64,000 nt of DNA from positions 943,061 through 1,007,060 of the forward strand of contig MU058423.1 of assembly GCA_013265495.1 (NCBI GenBank). The letters run 5' to 3'. A program made the position numbers and the translations under genes. Shown in pieces: positions 1 through 12,672 of the stretch. Numbering within the stretch: position 1 is the stretch's first letter; each line of letters starts with the position of its first letter. This DNA comes from Vicugna vicugna (lineage: Eukaryota). A model generated the notes under the pieces. That model made no database searches. It was not told the DNA's origin and saw only the letters and a program-made list of their open reading frames with translations.

Positions 1-3000
1 GCCAGTGCGGGTAGTGGGAGTGAAGGGGGCTGGCATGTTGGTGGGTGGCCGCTGGGACCACTCCCTCCCCCTTCCCCACTATTTCTGCCCACCCCATTGC
101 ACCCCTAGCACTGAAACTTGTGCCTGGAAGGAAAAAGAGGCAGCAAAGGGGCACCTGAGGTTCACTGCTGCTAGCGTGGACATAGCCCTGTGATACTGCA
201 ACTCACTGGGGCCAGAGGAAGGGAGGGTGGGTGGGGTAGGGATGGGATGGTGGGGGTAGAAGCTGCGTGCCAGGACAGGGCCCAGAGGGGGAAGCCTCAG
301 ACCAAATGACAGTTGTTTATGGAGACCCCAGTGAGGAAAATACAAGACCAAGAGCAGCACAGAGGCCGAGATGTCACATCAAAACAGGAAGAAAATATAA
401 CACTGTGGATTTAAGCACCTTTTTCAAGGCTCTTAATGGATAATATTTATTCATGGGAAAAGGTGGAAAACAGAAACACCAACGGAGTTTTGTGAAATGT
501 TTTTCTCCACGGACCCAAGACCTTTGAACCAAAACAATGCGTTCTGTGAGGTTTTTGTTTTTGTTTTGTTTTTTTCCTTTTATAGCAAAAGCTTTTAGGC
601 CAAGAAGTCAGTTACTGCTGAGTTCTCTCTCCATTCCCCCAGGTAGGTGAGGTCAACTGAGCCTGGGCCCCACTGCCCAGCTGACCTGCACAGAGCTGCC
701 AGGTGACCACACAGCAACCCTTACCCTGTCTGTCCCTGTCTCCTTTGTCTCTGTACCTCTCTGCTTCACCCCTGGCTGTTTTCCTCCATGTCCAGCCGTC
801 TGTCTCTACATGGACCCCAGTGATCCTAAGATGTGCTAGTAAAGCCTTCTCTACTGCCAAGCACCTGCAGACCCATGCTTGGAAGTTGTATCTGTGTGAC
901 TGCAGTTGTGGGAGAGGAAAGAATGAAGCAAAAACAGGAGTTTAGGGCTGAGAAAAGTCTACCTTATAGAACAAAATGCTTCCCTTATGGTTGGAACCAC
1001 TGCTGTTGGAAGTTTCCATTTCTGGGCAAGAAAGGGAATGACCAGAGTTATCACATTGGGATCTTGAAAAAGGAAATAGCCAGCCCCAGAGATGCACAAT
1101 AAATGCTGGTGTGTGCTGGCAAAGAGAGAACAGAAGAACTGGGGCTCGCAGCTGCAGTCGGCCCCTGGGCCACCTTGCTATGTACCCTTCTTGCAGGACC
1201 CACCATAAAACCCATCCAGAGCTCTGCCAAGAGGCCCCAGGAGCAGTTTCCTGCAGAGAAGGCAGTGGTACGGGGAACAAGCTGCTGACTTATCTCACAC
1301 CTGAGGCAACCCCCACAGAGGCTGCAGATTAAGCCTGTGTGCCTCAAGAAGGATGCTCCGAAGTGTGAAAACAAGTAAGAGATTATAAACGATTCTTACC
1401 TGGCCTGAAAGATGCCTTGAGGTCTGAAGAGACTTCAGGCTGGATGTGCCTGAAGATAACTGAAATGGGAGAAGCCTGGTCACCTCCCTGCAAGTGAGGA
1501 AGTGCATATTATTTCTGGAGAAACTGGACACATTTCTGTGCAAGCGACTTGCAGCCTGATGGGGCCGGGAATAGCGTTTCTGGAATCCAGGCAATTTTCA
1601 CCGCTTACACACAGCAGGTGGGCCTTGGGGTTAGTGACAAGGCCCTTTCCACCCTCCCCAATCTCAACGACCCTGTTGCAGTCTCTCTTGCCTGGGTTCT
1701 GAGATACAGGAGTTCCTTGAGAACTCTTTATCCATTCAACAGCCTAGTGTTTAGCTGTTTAATTGTAGGCCAAGATTTTTTCTGCCCACCACAGCCATAT
1801 GGATGAGTTTCACTAGCCAGGACCCTAAAAACATCTTCAGTGGGCTTCCTTATGACCACAGCTCTATTGACCCTGTAGAAGGAGAAAGTCAAAGGGTTAT
1901 GAGGTGGTACCTAACCAGACGGTGAACAGAAGGAAAAAGGAGAGGGAGCCTTCCACCTTAACGCTATCCTCATTGACCACGGACTGAGTCCCTTTTCTCT
2001 GGGTCTGGCCTCAAGGATTTCCCCCTTACCCGAGAATGGGGTGGCTCTGGCCCTCTGAGTGTAAGTGTAAGTAAGTAGAAAAGCTTTACAACTACAGAGG
2101 AATAAGTGTGTACACACAAACACACACAACAACCTAAACACATTTGACAATAAGTACTCAAACCCATTTACATCGTATACACATCTCATTAGGGAAGGCA
2201 GAGGACTGGGCCTGGGCTGGACTCCATTTAGAGGGCAGGCGAAGGACTAGAAAAGGAATTTTTCTTTTGAAAGAATATGTAATGGAACAAAGTTAGAATG
2301 TCTCAGTATCTAAGTTTACATCGTAAGAGCTGAGTGGGGTAAAGGATAAATATGTAAATAGGATCAGAGTTACATACACATGGAAACTGCCTGTGTTGAG
2401 GAACAGGTCATCACAGGGTTAGAATAATGACTGCTCCAACCCAGGATCTGTTTGGCAATACACCAAGGGAGTGTATGGTGGTTCCCACAAAAATTAATGA
2501 AGCAATTTTAAAAATTACGTCCCAAATAATTTCCCAGGTTTTGACCCTAATGAACTAAATGTTTTGTATTCCTTCAATTTCACTTCCAAATCCCGTATCA
2601 TGCCAGTTCCTAAAATATCATTTAGACTCTCCCCTTCATCTCCATCCCTTAATGTAGCCTTAGCCAAAGGTAAGAGACCCAGCTCACCTCTGGTCCAAAA
2701 GATGTCAACCCAAGAAAATGGCACACAGAACACAGCCAGACTACGCTGTTACAGGGCATTTGTAAGCAAACAAAAGGGCCGAAGTGTGCTGAACCAGCTT
2801 CATGTCTAACTCACTGGCCAGTGACTGAAGCACCTGGATGTTATCAGGTTTTCAGGGGGCAGTGGCTTTCTGGTGAAATAACTCCTGAGCTTTCATAGTT
2901 CATGAACCACTTCAGCATAATAGATCTACAAAACCACCTATTCCACTCAATCCTACTCAGCACTAGGGAGGGTAAAAACAAACAAACAGACCAATAAGCC

Positions 3001-3080
3001 ACATTCAAATGAATGGAAACTTAGAAAACACGGAATTAAGAGAGAACTAGTTAAGAACTAGAAGCGACTGAAGAATATGT

Positions 3081-3222
3081 AATTCATTTTACAGTATAGA
3101 AAGTTGAGGCCCAGAAAAATTAAGGGACCTGCTCTACGTCATGCAGTCATTTAACGACAGGGCTGGAACCAGAACCCAAGTCCCTTGGCTGTTGGTGTAA
3201 TGCTTCTTCACTATACCCACTG
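3081..3222 (-). mobile_element. MIR SINE fragment
   Basis: cattttacag...gaaagttgaggcccagaaaaattaagggacctgc...ggctggaaccagaacccaagtc resembles the MIR core. Confidence 0.7.
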
Positions 3223-4845
3223 TCTCTCAGAGTGACGGTGCTTCAGAGAAGGCCCGTCAGAGAACGCGTGCCGTAACTAGAGACATAGCCTTGTGTAAAT
3301 GTCAGTAAATGGACACAGCCTTGGGAACTACCCGACTGTACTAACACAAAACCGCCGCTCACTAGATAGAACCGGCTATGGACCATCAATTTTGTCAAAA
3401 AAAAGGTTAACAAATGAACAGTGAGGGTTTTCCGTCAAATGCGCTCTCATCTCAGTGAAGAGAGGCCTAGGACGACATTCTCAAGCATACCTTCTATGTC
3501 CTTTTAATCCTTTCTACAGCCTCTGGTGGCAGTAGGTCAAGTAACTAAATCCTTGGTTCACAGAGAGGAAAGCAGGCAGGAAGAAGCTGAGTGACATCCG
3601 AGTTCACGTGGCAAGTTAGTGGCACAACTAAGGTTGCATCCCAGGGCTTAGACATCCTGTCCTGGGAGCTTTCCGCCACGTCATGTTGCATTACTCTGAG
3701 GCTTGCTTATATTTCTAATCCCCGGGTTTCAAAAGTGATGATTAGGGCGGGGAAGCATTACAGTCAGAACCACCCTGAACGAGCACCTCCAGAAGCAAAC
3801 GCTGTACTATTTCTCCTTCATCCCCTGTCGTGACGGGTGTCAAGCTCAAGACTAGCTACACAGAATCCTGTTCAAAAGACCAGACATCCTCAGTGATAGT
3901 GCAGCACGTGAGTCTGCAATCATACAGGAGTACACAGTCAGCAAGTAGAAAAGCGAAATTAAGAAAAACAAAGAATTTGAACCGAAATTAAAGTGGATCG
4001 TTAACGCTGATCCATGATTAACAGAAAGTGTCAACCCATGGATATGCTGAGGACCTTACCCAGTTTTCAAACGACAATTCCTGCAGTTCATGTCACTTAC
4101 TTGTTAGAATATAGGCAGGAAAAGTGTACATTGAAAGATGTACCTAGATTTTTTTTCCTTATTTTTTCTTAACTTTGCAAGGGTAGTGGTTGAAATCGAT
4201 CTAAACGTAGATGTTTAGATTATTAATGAGTTCTAGTGGTCCAGGCTCCATCACTTCCATTACCAGGTAACTACAAGGCAGGAAGATCCTAATGCTGTTA
4301 CTCTAAGGCAATATTAGTTTCGTTTCTAACCTAGTTGGCATGGTAACCATGACAAACAGGAACCCAAAAAACTTATTTCCCTTTCTGATCTCCTTATGAA
4401 ATCTCAGCATTTGCAAAGCTTTAAAGTGACTGAAGGGAAAACATTGTTATGACCTGTGACCCTTGGAGCCCAAACAGCCTCATGAAGAGCATCATTAGAA
4501 CTAAGAGAAAGTGGATCAGAAAAAGAAACAGCTTTAAAGGGGTTCCTTTTGAGTCTTGTTTTCTATTCAGAATGTTCTATGTTTTTCTCCTCAAGTGTGG
4601 GAATGACATTTATCTTAGCAGGTTACTTAACTACACTGGGTGATGTCACACTGACCAGTGTAGGGCACTGACCCAAGTCCTGGGGGGGCTCCTTGGACCA
4701 ATAGACTATTTTACAAACCTGGGTGGTGGGAGGGATGGTATATTTTTGATAATCAGACATTCCAATGTAATGTTTTCCTTAGAGGTCACCCTCCCCCATT
4801 AATGTTATCGTGAAAAACATCGTGTGTTCTTTTCTATTTTCGTAT

Positions 4846-4851
4846 AATAAA
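4846..4851 (+). terminator. Polyadenylation signal AATAAA (candidate, KCND3); second candidate ATTAAA at 5060-5065
   Basis: Hexamer at the end of a UTR-like AU-rich block; U-rich sequence follows the ATTAAA (5101-5111). Confidence 0.5.
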
Positions 4852-5491
4852 TGGGCTTTGCTTACCAACATCATAATGGCAAAGAAGAAATACTGTACAA
4901 AACTGCAGGAAGATAAATATGTGAAAACTTTCTATGGAAAAAAAAAACTCTTTGCGTTTCCTGTTGTCTTCTTTTGAAACTGTAGTGCATATGTTACAAT
5001 GTATATCATTTATAGTATTGAGTCATGTGCCACTGCTGTACCTGATGTATCCAATCTGGATTAAACGAACTATGTGCCACAAATCCTAAAATGATTACGA
5101 ATGTTTATTTTAATACCAGTTCTCCTGCTACCCACTAGAAAATAAGGGTAATTTGAACAGAGGCTCTCTACCTTGCCAGAGAAAAGTCACAGAATCTCAG
5201 AAGGGTGCTTAAGGTCTAGTCTAATCTTCCCTTCCCCCACCTCCTCCAATGCGAGCAGCTCCTCTGGGACACGCAAGCCGGTTCCTGCCGGCTTGTACAC
5301 GTTAGTCATGGACGTTCACTGACAGGGACAACATCTGGTCGCATTTGTCAACAGCTCTATTTTGAGGCTCAGCCCTGTATTATTGAAAGAAAATGTACTT
5401 TTATGTATCAGTAGTGGTTCTGCTGAGAATACAATGACTATCCTTCATCTAAACCAAGGTCTTGAACTGAAAACTCAAAATTAAGTGCTAT

Positions 5492-5660
5492 ATGTGGTAG
5501 AGCAGGAAGCTTGGAAATTAGATGACAGAGGCTCACATTTAGGTTCTACTGCTCAGTTGTATGACTTCACATCAGTCTCTTCCTTTGGCTTCAGCTTTTT
5601 TCCTCATCTCAGAAATGAGGGGATTGGATTAGATGTATCTTGAAGATCTGTTCTAACTTT
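5492..5660 (+). mobile_element. MIR/MIR3 SINE fragment
   Basis: ...tgtatgactt...ttcagctttttcctcatctcagaaatgaggggattggattagatg...tctgttctaact resembles the MIR core and 3' tail. Confidence 0.6.
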
Positions 5661-6607
5661 AATAATTCTGGTTAAGGTAGTGAGAGAAACAGGCATTTTC
5701 ACATTCCACCATGTGGCAAGAACAATGGGAATTCTTTTGATTTCCCCACAACCACCAGATCCCAATCAATGAAATCTGAAATAGAAATGCGATGTTCAGG
5801 CAAATGATGCCCAAAGGCCCTAGAAGGTTGTCTGTGAAATTCATTTCAATCACTAATGCTCATATCCTTATCACCCACTAGGTGTCACTACAGATCCGTA
5901 GCTCAAATAATCTTTCAGAGCAAAATAACTGGAAAATCAGATGTGTGGCGGTCAATACATGTGCTTTTTCACTAAAAAAACCTAAATGTTAACTGGGACA
6001 TATGTGCTTGTCCGCAGACACACAAAACAATAAAAAATATTCCGCCAAAACAGTAGAATAAGCTTGATGGATTTCCAACATCAGCCGTGACTATCAAAAA
6101 TATAATCGTATTTTTTAAGATTAACATAGGTTTGTTTATATTTAGGAGAAAAAAACCCCTGAAACTTCAAACTACTCCCTTGTCTCATGAGTTGACCCCT
6201 AAGTACTATAATTTCTGTTCAATTATTTTTAGTCTTCAGGGGCTGGTTTACCTTTAAACCATGTGTTTTTAAAAGGTTAGCAATTATTGCAATACTTGAG
6301 CTTCTTTAGAAAATAATAATTATCCAAAAAAATTTGTATTCTCAAAGTCAGAATTATCCAAAGCAGTTTTCCCAAGTATTTCTCTAAATGTTAATATTGC
6401 TAGCCTAATTTAAGTTCATTTAAGCCTAACCTGAACAGCTGTTAATAGTGTATTGACTTAGTATTCTAGAATTCAGACATAAAACCAATTCACATTAGCA
6501 CTCAACCAAATTATGTGAATGTATAAAGGCTCTCTATACACATATAAAGATTACTGTCTTCTCTAACTAGAAATTAATTTCTCTTATTAGTCATATATTA
6601 GTTATAT

Positions 6608-6750
6608 CTTACAACTGGAAGGGACCCTAAAAATCTTCTAGTCCAACTCCCTTCTTTTATTGATGAGAAAACGACCCTGAGAGGTTAAATGACCACTACA
6701 AAGTAAAAAAGCAGATGGTAGCAGAGTCAACCAGGACAAACTCCGCTACA
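6608..6750 (-). mobile_element. MIR SINE fragment
   Basis: ctggaagggaccctaaaaatcttctagtccaactccc...ttttattgatgagaaaac...gagaggttaaatgac. Confidence 0.65.
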
Positions 6751-8403
6751 CCAAAAACATTCTCAACTGAATTGACTAAAACCTGTCTATGGTTCCTAAC
6801 ACATTATGGGGACATGCACCTAGACTGACAATTCCAAACAAAAAGTTGTTTCCACACAAACACAGTAACACAAAAATTGCAGCAAATTCCTCCCACAGAG
6901 ACCGTAACTGCATCCCTTATTTAGGAAGGTAAACGCTGACATTTTCCTAGCAAATGCTTAATAGAAAAATGTAATAATTAGTATTCTCATGTTTTACATA
7001 TGCTTACCTCCAGCTTATTTTTTTAATAAAAAAAAAGCAACTATAAAATAAGACAAACCTAAGAGAGAATCCAATTAGTTTCTAATGACTTATGGGCAAT
7101 CTCATTTCTAATTAAGGTGCAGGAGTATCCTAATTAAAATCCCCCAGTAATGACAGATAAACTGAACATGGCAGTATTGTGGGGAAAAGGGTAGAAAGAA
7201 AAAAAATAGGTAAGTTCAATTATATAGCAGTGACAGGATCTTATTTAAATGTATAATTACATCTTCTTAATGACAGGCTGGACCTAATTATGGATTTGCT
7301 ATTTACAGTGTTAATTAATTCACTCTAACGTGGCAATATGTGTACAGTACTGATACATATAAGTAAAGCCAATCATTGCCCAACCCAGATGATAGGAATC
7401 CAAGTTAAACAGTTTAGGACTGTGTTATGTGAGTGCTGGACAGTAAATGACAATGGCTGTGGATGTTTGCTGACAGCCTTGGGAGAAAATGTTTACACTG
7501 CCTAGACAAGTATGTACACAGGAAAGGAGAGCTTTCCTGTTAAAAAGCAAATACTTATCTCTCTATATAAGGGGTTCTCTCACCACAGATCCTGTTCACA
7601 GACAGGTTTGGGAACCAAATGCATAATCGTAAGATGACTGCTACAGAGAAGACGTGACAATATGTAACTTCCATTTTTCTAAATCATAATTTATAGGCAC
7701 ATTATCTCAGAAAAATGACTGCTACACTTGGATGCTAGCATTAGAGGTAAAACTAGGAAAACAACTTATGAGACACAAGATTAGAACACTTGAGTTTGAA
7801 CAGAATGAGTCCCAGCTTCCACAAAATACTTAAAATGCAGAGCTAGAACCTCCCTTGGCCCACCAGCAGAGCAGGGCAGCTCTTAACCTGGGTTCTAAAA
7901 ATGGACTTCAGAGGGTCTATGAAGCCTTTGAAATTACATGTACGTTTGTTTATAAAATGAGAAGTTTTCTGGGACAAATCTATTCGGATAAAAGAATTCA
8001 AAAACCAGCAAAGATTAAGAGCTGCTCCTTTTCCTGAGAAAGGAAAATGAGACAGCCACTGGTGGTCCTCAGCTCTATAATGCACGTCAAAACTGCCGAC
8101 AGCTTCCACCACCTTAAAAACAAGACATTCAAAAGGTGAATAATAAACATATCAACACATTTGACTAAGCTTGTATTTTTACTGGTAATGAATTCTTTTT
8201 ACTGGGAAGAAAATAGCATCAAATCAAGTACTTATGGGAAAATCTGAAGTAATGTTTATTCCTTCCTGCTGAAACCTAAAAGGGGATTTTCTGACCTACC
8301 ATGCTACAAATTTCTTCAAAACACAACTCTATGGAAATGCAGCCCAAGACTTTTGGAAAGAACTCCACAGCATAAACTAGCATTATTTCAAATCACAACT
8401 GTT

Positions 8404-8409
8404 TTTATT
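8404..8409 (-). terminator. DDX20 polyadenylation signal AATAAA; second copy at 8255-8260
   Basis: tttatt on the + strand about 335 nt and about 485 nt downstream of the DDX20 stop codon. Confidence 0.6.
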
Positions 8410-8742
8410 CTTCTTAAAGTAAGCAGCGGTGTAAGTCTTTTTAAATGTTTCTTTATGGAATGGCTTATAGAAAATGGCACCTGGGACCTTTAGCTCTATG
8501 TCCCCAAAATTTTCTTTCAAGAATCTGTTTCATGAAGTTTCTTCTAAAAAAAGATGACACCTGACCTAAATTGGTTTAGGTCAAAACAATCTGAAAAACA
8601 GATGTGTCGCAGCAGAAAGCTTCAAGATTTTCCCAGTTCCTCAAAAATGCCTCTAAATGCCACTCTACCATAGCTCAAAGAGGATGGCTACCCTAAGACA
8701 CCACCTGTCGATGTTTCCAGATGCTCTGTGCACGGCCTGTTG

Positions 8743-9908
8743 TCACTGGTTGCCGCGCATCATCTCCTGTAGATAAATGGTGTTCATGTGGTAGGCTGCC
8801 ACCCAGCCTGGGTGCCTCTGAGCATTCCAATAATACGACTGAGAAGCAGCAGCATAGTATTCCTGCCAGGCCCTGTAGTAAGCTCTCCAGTACTCCTCAT
8901 AGTCCTGATAGGTATCTGAGAAACTCGGATGTGCTTCCCCACGGCAGTCATACCAGCCATCTTCCTGCGGTTCTGTCTGCAGTCGATAGGAGGACCGCCT
9001 GGGAAGGTTTCTCCGGCTCTGCTTAACTCTCTGGTTGTGGTTAGCCCCCTCTTTATGCCTGGCCTTTATTTGGATTTCAGGCGATTCCTGATACTCTGCT
9101 AGATTAGGGGTGTCACCTTCATTCAGAGGTTGTTCCAAAAAGATCTGGCCATCCCCGGGAAGAGGTTCCGAGTCCTTCAGCTGAGTATCAGAAGAGCCTT
9201 CCACGTGTGACTTATTTCCTTTGCTCTGGGAAGAAGTCCTTGAGCTGTAAGAACCACTGTCGCTCTCAGAGTCTCCAGATTGGCTACTACTTGCCAGTAT
9301 CTGTGCTCTCTCTTCAGTGATTCTGTTTCTCACGAAACCATTCTGAGGATTCACAGTCTGATCCCCAGGGCCTGTGTAGTGTCTGATGATTTCCACAGGT
9401 TTCTCTAACCCTTCTTTAACAAAGTACTCATAATCCTCCACCAATTCTGCAAAAGTCAAAGGGCATGGCAGACGGATTTTAAAGGAAGACAGACAAGGAA
9501 TTGTGGGGAGTGACACAGAAGCTTCTTTGACTTGGTGCTGATTATTAGCCGAGTTTTCAACAGATATTTGAACAGAATTCTTCATCTGCTCTTCCAATTT
9601 TATGGCACAGCCCAGCTCTTTTGGCAACTTTGCTTTCTCTACAATTCCACACTCTGAGTGGCTTTTCACAGGAAGCTTTTGTTTGGTATTATTTTTTGAT
9701 TTGACTGATAGTGCAGACACAGAAGTATTTCTAGATGAAGCCATGTGGTTACCATAAGTTTTCTGAGTTTCAAAGGTTCTCTCTATTTTTTGAATTTGTT
9801 TATTTAGGGGCTGGGGAGGTATACTTGCTAAGCCATATGTATGCATGGCAGCTTCGACCTCCACATCCCAATCCAAACATTCTTCCATCAGACCAGGAGG
9901 AATAGGAT
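8743..9908 (-). CDS. DDX20: DDX20 exon 11 (terminal coding exon; C-terminal region ending ...[10 protein letters not shown])
   Basis: Open frame [18 protein letters not shown]...; acceptor ...tttatgtag| at 9909-9910; 1166 nt, phase-consistent with exon 10. Confidence 0.97.
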
Positions 9909-11449
9909 CTACATAAAAGGAATAAAAAAGTATCAAATTCTCAAGCTGCTCTCAACTAGCATTTTTTCAATGGCTTCATAAAGCCTTCCATGGTCAGATA
10001 CAGTTAAGAAACAAACTGTACTAATTAACATACTAAGAAGCTTAATATATTAGTATTTTAAAAAACCTAAGTAATTCTTGCATAAAAGAAACCTGCCCCA
10101 AAATATGCAAGACCCAACCCAGACTCATAAGCAACATTTCCTTCCACCTCCCACTTGAAAAGGGCTTATTTCTAGGAGTGAGGGATGGCTCTGCAGCAGT
10201 CCTCCCACCTCTCCTCTCCTCCCTCTCCCTAACTCCTCCTCTGTGCTTCACTGACAACAGCAAAACAAGACATTAGAAGATGGACTGTGCTCCCCAAAGC
10301 TTACCAACTGGGAAATAATACAACTGTAACTCTGTATCCAAATAATCTGCCACCAAATATTCTAACAGGGAGAAATCACTGCCCTCAACAGTGGAGAAAA
10401 AACCTCTATAGGGGAAAAAAGCTAGATGGCTGTGAAAAGATCTGAGGTACAAATGGCACTTGTAAATTAAAAAAAAAAAAATCGAGGGCTCCTACTCTCT
10501 AAATGTCCTGTTCTATGCAGGTGTGACAATTTGCTTCCACCTGCACACTCAGACCTTTCCAAAGTATGCCCAGTTTTCACCTTAAGCAGACCAAGGACAC
10601 AGAGCCCCTGCTTTACAAAGATCTTGTCCGTGTGTTGCTGCCGTTGGTATTCCATGTCTGTGTTCCCACTACTAAATCCCTCTTCAGCTGGGGCTCCTCA
10701 TCCTTCGTTGAACAGACCCTCTGACTAAACTCAGATTCCTATGGAGGTGCTATCTTTTGGCTGCTGAGACCTATCATTCAGGCCTACTTCCCTCCTAATC
10801 CTGCTCTAGGCAACTCATCCCCACAATCTGTTGTCACACAAGTGTCTCATGCAACAGAGACCTAACACTATGAATATCACATTCTCATGTTTTCAGGCCT
10901 CTGTTAACATTTCATAAAGATCCAAATATGTCATTTTCTGGTATCCAAAAGCCAATTTTATTTTTATCACTAGATGCTATGATACTGAATCCTACCACAA
11001 GTCCCAACCCTCTTGTACCAATTTTCAATTTATTTCTTCCATATTTATAATTACAAAGATCACCAACAGACACATACATAGAGAGAAATAACGTAATACA
11101 ATCTTAGAACTGACAGAGCACCTAAAGGCCATCTACTCCAAAAACCAATGCTTTGTAAGGCTCAGGACATAAGCTTAGAGCAATTAAAGAAATCTGTAAA
11201 AAGATCATAAAATGAGCTGTCACAAAGCCATAACTACTAGAATCCACAGTATTCCAAAATCTGTGCTTAATCTAACTTTGTAGAAACCACTGAAGGAGTT
11301 AAATATAAATGGATAAAATATTCATTGCTGTATTTATTCAATAACCACATATACCATCTTCTGGAAGGTCATGTATATACTACGTAAGTATACATCTATG
11401 TATCTATACAACATATATGTACATACTAACGTGCATACATTAACATGTA

Positions 11450-11661
11450 TAATTGACCCTTGGACAACTCAGGTTTGAACTGCGCAGGTCCACCTATATG
11501 CAGATTTTTCCCAGTATGTACTACAGAACTGCACACCCTGCGGCTGGTTGCATCAGCAGACGTGGGAACGCACACGGAAGACTGACTGTAAGTTACATAG
11601 GGATTTTCAGCTGTGCGGAGGCTGGGCACCCCGACCCCCAACACTGTTCGAGGGTCAGCTG
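11450..11661 (+). mobile_element. Tigger2-family (MER8/Tigger2a-like) non-autonomous DNA transposon (MITE)
   Basis: Terminal inverted repeats taattgacccttggacaac / actgttcgagggtcagctg, TA on both flanks (11448-49, 11662-63), and the diagnostic internal ggtttgaactgcgcaggtccac. Confidence 0.85.
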
Positions 11662-12059
11662 TATAGCAAATAAACCGTATTTTCACACGAGTTTTTTAGG
11701 GTTTTAAAAAAAATGTTCAAGAGATCATTAACAGTTTTAAACATCCATTGTTTCCAAGATGACAGTTTAAAAAAGCAGCTTGACGAATGATACATTAAAA
11801 TCAAAAGTGTAGGGCTGGTAATAAAGTAATCTGTAGTGAAAAAAAATCAAAAGAAAATACTTCAAAATTTTCAGAATAGTGTTCAAATTAATGGTACTGT
11901 TCCTTCCCCATGGTGACAAAGGAGAATATGGCAAAATTATCTTCACAGTAACATAAGAGATAAAATACATTCCTTGATATAAAATGAAATCAAATTGTAA
12001 GGCTACGAAGTAAAATACAGAGTTAATACAATAGGAAAATACTTTTCATTTTTAATGTG

Positions 12060-12275
12060 TCATTAGTTAGCTTGCAGTCCTCTCCCTGCTACTTATTAGC
12101 TGTAAGACCTTAGGCAAATTACTTAACTTTCCTGTGTCTCAATATCCTCATCTACAAAATGCAGATACTAACAGCACATACTTCATAGCATTGTGGTGAG
12201 AATTAGAGTTAATATACATAGAGTACTTAGAACACCACCCAACACATCGTAAGTTCTTATGTTAGCCATTATTTT
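12060..12275 (+). mobile_element. MIR SINE in DDX20 intron 10
   Basis: acttattagctgtaagaccttaggcaaattacttaactttcctgtgtctcaatatcctcatctacaaaatg...gtggtgagaattagagttaata...cttagaaca. Confidence 0.85.
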
Positions 12276-12337
12276 TATTAGGCCTCTAATCATTACCATT
12301 ATTATTTCGACAGCAAAATTAAACAGACAAAATATAC

Positions 12338-12439
12338 CTGGTAAAGGCAGAAGGTTGACATTACATTTCTGGGCAATTTTCATCATCGTATTTTCTTCTT
12401 CTCCCCTGCAGCAGTAGGTCACTGTCAGTCCCAAAGTAC
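12338..12439 (-). CDS. DDX20: DDX20 exon 10 ([16 protein letters not shown]...LLPLP)
   Basis: AG/GT boundaries, 102 nt, in frame. Confidence 0.95.
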
Positions 12440-12566
12440 CTAAAGCACAGAAGGAATGTTAAGTAGTAAATCATTTTCAGATAAAAGATACTTCACATCC
12501 AACTGTCATATTATAGATTCTTCCCCGTAGAGAAAGTACCCAAACTTTTTCTTTTTCTTTTTTTAC

Positions 12567-12672
12567 CAAAACGGCCAGCTCTGCCAATCCGATGCATGTA
12601 TGTCTCCCAGTCCAGTGGTACATCCAGGTTTACAACCAGATTCACCTTCTCAGCATCAATCCCACGGGAAGT
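12567..12672 (-). CDS. DDX20: DDX20 exon 9 (motif V SRGID, motif [12 protein letters not shown])
   Basis: Helicase motifs; AAG acceptor, GT donor; 106 nt. Confidence 0.96.

Larger units (their letters stand above)
1..5090 (+). other. KCND3: Long 3'UTR of KCND3 (Kv4.3 potassium channel); the CDS lies outside the window
   Basis: Synteny: KCND3 is tail-to-tail with DDX20. The first ~200 nt match my recollection of the sequence just after the KCND3 stop. There is no real ORF, and the region ends in an AU-rich tract with AATAAA (4846-4851) and ATTAAA (5060-5065). The end coordinate is approximate. Confidence 0.7.
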
